DNA from: an archaeon
Lineage (GTDB): Archaea > Asgardarchaeota > Thorarchaeia > Thorarchaeales > Thorarchaeaceae
DNA: 23,319 nt
NCBI GenBank assembly: GCA_024276825.1
Contig: JAJRWI010000051.1
Coordinates: 1-23,319, forward strand
Direction: 5' to 3'
Part shown: in pieces, positions 16,773 through 23,319 of the stretch
How the letters are laid out: the number at the start of each line of letters is the position of its first letter
Numbering within the stretch: position 1 is the stretch's first letter
The notes under the pieces: generated by a model
Seen by the model: the letters and a program-made list of their open reading frames with translations, nothing else
Databases searched by the model: none
What the model was told of the DNA's origin: nothing
Translations under genes and position numbers: made by a program

Positions 16773-18965
16773 GTGAGAGCGATGAAACGAAGATTTGCAA
16801 TTATAGCATTTACATTCTTGATGCTTTCAGGCACATTGATTTCAAATGAAACAATGCAAATGATTCATGAACGTGTCATTTGTACATCAGTTGACTTTAC
16901 GCCTTCAGAAGAATACAATATAAGCAGCTATCTCGATTTTTCGTGGGCGACGCTTGATATAATGTTCTCATATTTGATGAATTATTCTGATGGCTCAGTT
17001 TTCAGGCGTGGAGATCACCAATGGCAGATAATCTCGCTTCCGCCTAGTCTAGCAGACTATTATTGGGCGATAGTCGGGCTAGCACGTATGTATGATGTGT
17101 CTGCTAAGAGCGGCACACCCAATAATACAATCTCAACAATGATTAGCAGAGCAGCAAACAAGATGGTGAGTCTCTTTCTTGATCCAGAATATCCTGGATT
17201 TTATGTAAATACATATTCACCTGAAGAAGCGCGAACAACTAAGCGTGCAGGAGTTCAAGCATATGCATATTATGCTCTAGAACTTGCAGAGTCAGTAAAT
17301 TCATCATTGGATTTCAGTTCTGAAAAACAATCCGCAATAGACTGCTTGGCGGATATTCTTTATGATGAAGAGAATGGTGGATTTTATTTCTTTACTCTTA
17401 GAAATGGGTCAGTAAAGGTTCCAGACTATATCTATGAAGTATATCCCAATGATGGTAAACGACTTGACCATTTATCCTTAGGAATCATGGCACTCTACGA
17501 TGCAGGGGTAAAATATGGCAACAACACACTGATATCAATGGCCAACAAGTCCATTGATTTCATGCTTCAAAATATGAAGGAATACAATCAGTCCATATAT
17601 TATGGCATGAAACTTGCCGTTAACAGGACTGGAGGAGATGTAATTGTCGAGCAGAATGAGAGACCAGGTAATGTCGTGATCTCAGATATAGATGCCATTG
17701 CTATGCGTGCTTTACTGAAGGCATATGAGGTTACTGGAAACTCGACTTTTTTGGCAAATGCTGAAACATTGGTCAGAGCGCTACTAGAACATAATTGGGA
17801 CACTGAAAATGGTGGATGGTATGCAGAAACATTGCATGGCGAGCCATATGACCCGCTGAATGATAAGGATGTGAAATATTACAAATATGCGGAGATACAG
17901 TTTCAAGTAGTATTCTCACTTGAAGAGTTGTATGAACTCACCGATGAGGAGCAATACATTCAACTTGTAATTGACACACTAGAGCTTATTCTGGCAAACT
18001 TATGGGATATTGAAGATGGGGGCTTCATGCAGAATGGAAATAGAAAATGGGAAACCCTGAGCCAGGACTGGCAAGTGCATAATACTGCAGTGCAAGGTCA
18101 AGCGATCCTTGCATTGGAGCAGATTTGGAGCTATGGTCTTCCAATCATATCATATGTTCGTATCAATCCAGTATCTCCAAGACCAAATGACGAAATTCTC
18201 GTTTCAGCTGTTATTTCAGATCCAGATGGCATCGATCAAGCTTACGTGAATTACACAATGACATTGGGAAATAATGTCACTACTGGCATCTTGCCCCTGC
18301 TTCCAAACCCTCAGGTTAAGGGCATTTTCAACAATACTTTTGGCTATTTGAATGACTCGACCAGAGTGAACTTCTTTGTCTTTGCAAATGACTCGTTGGG
18401 TAATGACTTCATTGCGGGGTCGTATTATTTTGTTGTTCGTGAGGATGTATTTCCACCAACAATAACATTGAGAGCAATCTATCCCAGTGAAGTCAAAGAG
18501 GGTGATGAGGTTATTCTTGAGTTTGGAACCCAAGAGTTTCCCATCCACAGCTCAATAGTATCATGTGTTTTGTTTTGGAAGGTCAATGATGGATTCTACC
18601 AGCAGACAAACATGACATTGGTGGGAGTGGATGACAAGAGTCTGGTGTGGCGCATCAACATTGGTTCATTCAATGGCGGCGATGTGATCTCATACTTCTG
18701 CCAAGCAACGGACGAGTCAGGAAACACAGGAACAAGCATTTACTACAAGTTGACCGTAATTGGACCATCGGTGACCTTTACTCCAGTTGCCCCATGGCAG
18801 GTTGTTGCCGTTGTTGGTTTAGTTTCAGCACCCGGCTTTGGATTTGCCTATGTGTGGTCTCGTCGGAAGCTTGTTGCTAAAAAGCAGCGCATGTTGAAGA
18901 AAGAGGCACGCAGACGAGGACGTAGACCAAGAGGGAAGGGCCGATCACGAAGGAGGCGTTCATAG
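16773..18965 (+). CDS. Secreted alpha/alpha-barrel (AGE-epimerase / six-hairpin glycosidase-like) protein with two Ig-like domains, TM anchor and polybasic tail
   Basis: Signal peptide; repeated DPEYPGFY, DEENGGFY, DTENGGWY, DIEDGGFM barrel motifs; two beta-rich modules ending ANDSLGN and ATDESGN; TM helix then an Arg/Lys-rich tail. Confidence 0.72.
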   Translation: MRAMKRRFAIIAFTFLMLSGTLISNETMQMIHERVICTSVDFTPSEEYNISSYLDFSWATLDIMFSYLMNYSDGSVFRRGDHQWQIISLPPSLADYYWAIVGLARMYDVSAKSGTPNNTISTMISRAANKMVSLFLDPEYPGFYVNTYSPEEARTTKRAGVQAYAYYALELAESVNSSLDFSSEKQSAIDCLADILYDEENGGFYFFTLRNGSVKVPDYIYEVYPNDGKRLDHLSLGIMALYDAGVKYGNNTLISMANKSIDFMLQNMKEYNQSIYYGMKLAVNRTGGDVIVEQNERPGNVVISDIDAIAMRALLKAYEVTGNSTFLANAETLVRALLEHNWDTENGGWYAETLHGEPYDPLNDKDVKYYKYAEIQFQVVFSLEELYELTDEEQYIQLVIDTLELILANLWDIEDGGFMQNGNRKWETLSQDWQVHNTAVQGQAILALEQIWSYGLPIISYVRINPVSPRPNDEILVSAVISDPDGIDQAYVNYTMTLGNNVTTGILPLLPNPQVKGIFNNTFGYLNDSTRVNFFVFANDSLGNDFIAGSYYFVVREDVFPPTITLRAIYPSEVKEGDEVILEFGTQEFPIHSSIVSCVLFWKVNDGFYQQTNMTLVGVDDKSLVWRINIGSFNGGDVISYFCQATDESGNTGTSIYYKLTVIGPSVTFTPVAPWQVVAVVGLVSAPGFGFAYVWSRRKLVAKKQRMLKKEARRRGRRPRGKGRSRRRRS

Positions 18966-18977
18966 GAGGAAACAAAT

Positions 18978-21044
18978 TTGGATATAGGAACAATATTCTT
19001 GCTAGTTGCAATAGGCGTGGGTTGTGTTGATCTGCTGATAATGATCATTGGACCCCGAATCAAAGATTATGAGGCATTATCGCTGGGAATGGCGGTAGTT
19101 GCAGGATTTGCCGCCATTGGGTCAGCAATCTGGTTATTGCTGCTGATTTTCAACAATCAGTTTCAGTATGATTATGTCTATCAGACTACTTCTTCCACTT
19201 CAAACTGGGCCCTTAAGATATCAGCCCTTTGGACAGGGCAGTCAGGTTCACTTGTATTTTGGACAATGTTGTCCTTCTTGCTATATCTGATATATCGATT
19301 TACCATAAGGGGCTATGAGGATGATATGGTAGCATATCGTGCCTCAGTCATCATGATAATCCAGGCAATTCTGATCGCAACAAATACTTTCTTTGCTGAC
19401 CCTTTCAGAATCACAAGTGGCATCGAACGAGTTGAAGGGCTTGGTCTAAACCCACTATTGAGAACATTCTGGAATGTCATTCATCCCCCCATTGTGTTTA
19501 TCGGATATGCATTGACAATGATACCTTTTGCCATAAAACTGGCAGGCTTTACAATCAGAAGCGAAGACAGAAAATCCGAGTCAGTCCCGGTTTTGGAGTC
19601 ATTATCAAGATTCTCCACAATTCTTGCATGGGTGATGTTATCAGTTGGAATAGTGGTTGGAGGTTATTGGGCATATATTGTACTTGGATGGGGTGGATAT
19701 TGGGCTTGGGATCCAGTTGAAACAACATCACTTGTTCCATGGCTACTATTGACATGCTATTTCCATGCAAAGCCAATTCTAAAAAATCATGATGTGTTGA
19801 GAGATTCGTTTCTTGCGTTCGCATTCCCCAGTGTAATATTTGCAACTTGGGTCACCAGAAGTGGTGTTCTAAATTCAGTTCACCTTTTCTCATTATCAAT
19901 TGTGAGTTGGACCATGCTTGCAACATTACTAGGAATATTCATAATTACAGCAATAATTACTGCGTGGTCGGGATATCGCGATGCAGAGCCGGAAGATGAG
20001 AGCGAAGAAACGGGAGTGAGAAAGTCATCATTCTCATTCCATAATCCAAGAAATGTTTCTGTCATGATTGCATTATTTGGTCTGATAATTGTACTCATGG
20101 TGTCTGTGATTGGTGTGGCTTTACCAGCAACTCTCAACATTCAGACTGTAATCGCGAACCCTGATGCTCCCCCCGAAGAAATGGTGTCCATTGGTCAGGA
20201 CTTCTTCTGGATTGGATTCTATGTATCCTGCTTTCTAATAGCAGCATCCGCATTCTTCTGCATGGATTCATCATTCATTAAGAATAGATTGAAAGTGATT
20301 GGGGTTATCGTGTTATTGGCCATTGGAGGAGCTTTGGGCATTGTGTCATTTCTCAACCCCACCATGCCCATACCAACGACAAACTGGTTGGTGAATGCTG
20401 CAATCCCAATCGCCCTCGGTGCTCTTATCTACATGGCAGTGGTATTCATTCGAGTTCTAATAGGACGCGAAAAGACTGCATTTACATTTAGAAGAATGGG
20501 CCGCGTAATGCTCCATTTGGGGCTACTCATCTTGATCTTTGGTGTTCTAATGAGTGAGAACAGCGTATACGAGTCAAATGCAATGTATCGAGCTAATGAT
20601 GCATACGAAGTGGCCCCACAAATATGGGTCCAAGTAAAGGGCATTGACCTTGTGTACTGGAATAATCAACGTGATTTCAAATTAGTGGTCACTGTTTTTG
20701 TCATAGAAGGTGACAATGTAATAGGCATTGGAGTCGTGAGTATACAAGGATATCCTGAGTGGGGCTCGGTGATTCATACTGTTTACATACACAACACTCC
20801 ATTTAGAGATGTGTTCATTGCAGTAAATGGATTTACTCAGGTAGCACCTAATGTAATGGCAGTTTCACTTCATACAAAAGTACTGCCATTCATGGCTTTT
20901 GTCTGGACAGGGTCATTCTTTCTTATATCTTCAATGTTGCCTATGGCGGCCATTGAGGGCTCTCGCTTCATTAAGAATTTGCGTGAGAAATATCAGGACG
21001 AACACCAAGAAGAAGAAACTGAAGATGTTGAAGCTTCCGAGTAA
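18978..21044 (+). CDS. ccmF: Cytochrome c heme lyase / synthetase CcmF (NrfE family), full length
   Basis: LWTGQSGSL, GLGLNPLL, IHPP, WGGYWAWDPVE (WWD domain), TRSGVLNSVH, MLHLG; TTG start after GGAGG. Confidence 0.93.
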   Translation: MDIGTIFLLVAIGVGCVDLLIMIIGPRIKDYEALSLGMAVVAGFAAIGSAIWLLLLIFNNQFQYDYVYQTTSSTSNWALKISALWTGQSGSLVFWTMLSFLLYLIYRFTIRGYEDDMVAYRASVIMIIQAILIATNTFFADPFRITSGIERVEGLGLNPLLRTFWNVIHPPIVFIGYALTMIPFAIKLAGFTIRSEDRKSESVPVLESLSRFSTILAWVMLSVGIVVGGYWAYIVLGWGGYWAWDPVETTSLVPWLLLTCYFHAKPILKNHDVLRDSFLAFAFPSVIFATWVTRSGVLNSVHLFSLSIVSWTMLATLLGIFIITAIITAWSGYRDAEPEDESEETGVRKSSFSFHNPRNVSVMIALFGLIIVLMVSVIGVALPATLNIQTVIANPDAPPEEMVSIGQDFFWIGFYVSCFLIAASAFFCMDSSFIKNRLKVIGVIVLLAIGGALGIVSFLNPTMPIPTTNWLVNAAIPIALGALIYMAVVFIRVLIGREKTAFTFRRMGRVMLHLGLLILIFGVLMSENSVYESNAMYRANDAYEVAPQIWVQVKGIDLVYWNNQRDFKLVVTVFVIEGDNVIGIGVVSIQGYPEWGSVIHTVYIHNTPFRDVFIAVNGFTQVAPNVMAVSLHTKVLPFMAFVWTGSFFLISSMLPMAAIEGSRFIKNLREKYQDEHQEEETEDVEASE

Positions 21045-21054
21045 AAAAGGAGAT

Positions 21055-21089
21055 TGAACTCCTCGACTTGGGGAGTTCACATATCTTTT
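21055..21089. terminator. Probable bidirectional terminator between convergent ccmF and ccmE
   Basis: TGAACTCC...GGAGTTCA inverted repeat flanked by an A-run on the left and TCTTTT on the right. Confidence 0.55.
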
Positions 21090-21097
21090 GATGAAGA

Positions 21098-21490
21098 TCA
21101 GACAGATGTTGTTGAGTTGGTTTCATACTTACTGGGGCATTGAATCAATATTTCCTCAGCAATCATCAACTTAGCGGATTGAAGAACACCTATTGCGACA
21201 ATGTCTTGATCATCTTCAAATCCAGGCAATGTTCCTTCAAGCATCACTGTGAGTGTATGCGTTTCGCCATATATGACAAAAGTAATGTTATTTTGGGTGA
21301 CTGTCAGTGAACCTGCAAGTACTTTTCCTTTAACCTGGATATTAAGACCGATGTAGTAGTCAGCATTTTCAACTACAGTGTCAACACTGAGGTATGGATC
21401 AACATACAGTTGCAGCATTGCATAGGAAATACCGCCCACAACAGCCACAAGAACAATTGCGACCACGATCATTCGAGTCTTCTTTCTCAT
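21098..21490 (-). CDS. ccmE: Heme chaperone CcmE, Cys-type (System I*)
   Basis: N-terminal TM, beta-rich body, ILIQCPSKY (CxxxY in place of HxxxY). Confidence 0.92.
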   Translation of the reverse strand: MRKKTRMIVVAIVLVAVVGGISYAMLQLYVDPYLSVDTVVENADYYIGLNIQVKGKVLAGSLTVTQNNITFVIYGETHTLTVMLEGTLPGFEDDQDIVAIGVLQSAKLMIAEEILIQCPSKYETNSTTSV

Positions 21491-21497
21491 AAATGAC

Positions 21498-21632
21498 CTA
21501 CTCCTGATCTTCTATTTTTAACCTCTTCATTGCATTTTCAATACGATTCATTCGAATTAAAAGATAGGCAAGGAATATTAGAATTCCACCCCATAGGATC
21601 ATTGCCACTGTAAAGAGTTCTGTCTGTTGCAT
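21498..21632 (-). CDS. ccmD: CcmD-like small membrane protein (44 aa, not in ORF track)
   Basis: MQQTELFTVAMILWGGILIFLAYLLIRMNRIENAMKRLKIEDQE*: single TM plus charged tail, exactly between ccmC and ccmE (4-nt and 7-nt gaps), AGGAG upstream. Confidence 0.8.
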   Translation of the reverse strand: MQQTELFTVAMILWGGILIFLAYLLIRMNRIENAMKRLKIEDQE

Positions 21633-21636
21633 TTTA

Positions 21637-22305
21637 TCAGCTCCTGTTCATTCGGTATTCCATCAGTTTTTCATTAACCTTGTCAACGCGATATGTAATA
21701 TCCAAAATCATGATGTAAAGCAGGATAATAGCAATAATGCTAATGCCAAGAGTCATCCCATGTTCAACTGCCATCTGCAGACCGATTGGTGTGATGACAA
21801 CTGGATGCAGAGTGTTCCACAGGTGAATCGAGAGATAGCTCAAGATTACAGCAGGAAATGCTATTATCCCGAAAAGAGAGCCATACTGAGCTCTGATTTC
21901 AGGATCATTAATGGATGCACGATATACAAGTAGACAAGCATAAGCGATCCACAGAATTAATGTGGTGGTTTCTCGTGGGTCCCAATTCCAGGGTGACCCC
22001 CAAGTGGCTGCTGCCCATTGCATTCCTGAGAGTAGTGTTATTGTTGTGAAGAGTAGACCAATTTTAATTGATGCACCACTTACCAAGTCATAGCGGATAT
22101 CACTCTTCCATAAATAGAGAATACTTGAGATCAGAGTCACTCCAAATGCCAAGTATGCTGTGAGGGCGGGTGCAACATGCTGAAAGAGAATTCTGATTAG
22201 TTCGTGCAATGTTGCTTCAGGAGGTGCAAAGATCCATGTCATATATATGTAGATCACTCCTGTAATCATGGTCGCAATATAGAGCAGCAATCGAGTTCTA
22301 TTCAC
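21637..22305 (-). CDS. ccmC: Heme exporter/delivery protein CcmC
   Basis: WAAATWGSPWNWDPRETT WWD motif with flanking His in FQHV and TLHP. GTG 22305 follows AGGAG (ORF track start 22323). Confidence 0.93.
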   Translation of the reverse strand: MNRTRLLLYIATMITGVIYIYMTWIFAPPEATLHELIRILFQHVAPALTAYLAFGVTLISSILYLWKSDIRYDLVSGASIKIGLLFTTITLLSGMQWAAATWGSPWNWDPRETTTLILWIAYACLLVYRASINDPEIRAQYGSLFGIIAFPAVILSYLSIHLWNTLHPVVITPIGLQMAVEHGMTLGISIIAIILLYIMILDITYRVDKVNEKLMEYRMNRS

Positions 22306-22374
22306 AGCAATCTCCTGCCTCAATGTATTTAATCTATGTTATGAAACTTTCGTTAAGATATTGGTTTCAGGCTT

Positions 22375-23046
22375 TCAGTTTGTTAAAACATAATTGAATA
22401 TTGAGGCGGAGAGAAGCATCATTGCAAACAGATGTCCTGCCACTAGTTTCAGGAGAATGTCAAGGCCGATGAGAAGTGGTCCCATGACAAGACCCCGAGT
22501 CAATTCAACAAGTAGGATAAGTGCAGATGTTGCTGTTGGAAAATATACAAGAGGAAAGATTGTTGCCTTAGACTCTACTGGTAATGTAAGCGCTGATGCC
22601 ATGGATCCAACAGTTGCCAAGTCCAATGTTCCCAGAATGAAGGTGGCATAAACATAGGGATTGGTAAATGATAGGCTGAAACCAAAAAGCACCATAGAAA
22701 TTGGAATCAGGAACACTTCAACAGTTATCATCAAAAAGAATCCATAGGTCACTTTCCCCAGATATACAGCCCATGCAGGAATAGGGGCCACAGAAATGCC
22801 CTTCAGAGTTCCAGTGTCAACCTCAGACAGGAACACTGGTGCGAACCCAAACATGCCGGTTAGAAAGATTATCACCCATAACATCGCACTGCCAATCTCT
22901 GGTGAGATGTCACCACCCATTCCAAACGCGAAGGCAAGCAGTGATATCAAAGCAAAGAGAAACATTGCGAATAATTCAAATGGACGTCGGAATTGAATCA
23001 TTATGTCTTTTTTAGCGATGGCCATAATGGCTCTCAAATATGTCAT
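22375..23046 (-). CDS. ccmB: Heme exporter permease CcmB
   Basis: AIAKKD N-terminus, FLSEVDTGTL, YLGK, about 6 TM; lies between ccmA and ccmC. Confidence 0.88.
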   Translation of the reverse strand: MTYLRAIMAIAKKDIMIQFRRPFELFAMFLFALISLLAFAFGMGGDISPEIGSAMLWVIIFLTGMFGFAPVFLSEVDTGTLKGISVAPIPAWAVYLGKVTYGFFLMITVEVFLIPISMVLFGFSLSFTNPYVYATFILGTLDLATVGSMASALTLPVESKATIFPLVYFPTATSALILLVELTRGLVMGPLLIGLDILLKLVAGHLFAMMLLSASIFNYVLTN

Positions 23047-23055
23047 TTCATCACC

Positions 23056-23319
23056 TCAGAGTTTTCCTCCGAACTGGTCAATTGGGCCTATCCCCTTAAC
23101 TTCGCCCTTCCGCAGCAGGAGATAGGTGTCGCTCATTCTCTCGCCCAGATTGATGTTATGGGTCGTCAAAATGGTAGTCTTTGTTTTTCTGATGCTGTTT
23201 AGATATTCAGAGAACATCTCCGAGGAGTCCGCATCAAGACCAGAGTAAGGCTCGTCAAGTAGAAGAAGTCGGGGATCATGAAGTACTGATCGAATTATGT
23301 CCATCCGTTTCTTAAGACC
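23056..23319 (-). CDS. ccmA: Heme ABC exporter ATPase CcmA (C-terminal part; truncated by window edge)
   Basis: Frame open from the window end: GLKKRMDI (end of ABC signature), LLLLDEPYSGLD (Walker B/D-loop), ILTTH (H-switch); directly upstream of ccmB. Confidence 0.85.
   Translation of the reverse strand, partial: GLKKRMDIIRSVLHDPRLLLLDEPYSGLDADSSEMFSEYLNSIRKTKTTILTTHNINLGERMSDTYLLLRKGEVKGIGPIDQFGGKL

Noticed and set aside
123-23202. Numerous 60-125 aa antisense or alternate-frame ORFs in the track (e.g. 7913-8284, 14500-14814, 16058-16345, 18216-18548)
   Set aside because: They are shadows of well-supported genes and show no recognisable motifs.
1-23319. tRNA, rRNA, CRISPR array, transposase/integrase
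   Set aside because: No cloverleaf, regularly spaced repeats or recombinase motifs were seen by eye.

Overview
Archaeal chromosomal window. An Asgard/Thorarchaeota-like origin is inferred from gene families and protein architecture, not proven. The left two-thirds carries: a 5'-truncated, apparently circularly permuted family-5 ABC substrate-binding protein; a membrane-anchored papain-fold (C39-like) peptidase; a DUF131 protein; a decayed gene; an extended SDR; an AF0577-type radical SAM/SPASM enzyme; two GNATs; a polytopic membrane protein; a Kbl/BioF-family PLP enzyme; a DUF998 protein; a Sec11-type signal peptidase; and an Fe-S protein. The right third is a c-type cytochrome island. It starts with a cell-surface multiheme cytochrome with 7 CXXCH, one CXXCM and one CX5CH motif and an NrfA-like C-terminal helical region. 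A secreted alpha/alpha-barrel + Ig-like protein follows, tightly coupled to a full-length ccmF. A convergent ccmABCDE cluster of the System I* type (CcmE CxxxY) closes the window. Elements absent from the ORF track were found by reading the sequence: a 44-aa CcmD-like gene, a 50-aa tail-anchored CxxC microprotein and a ~90-nt structured intergenic RNA candidate.
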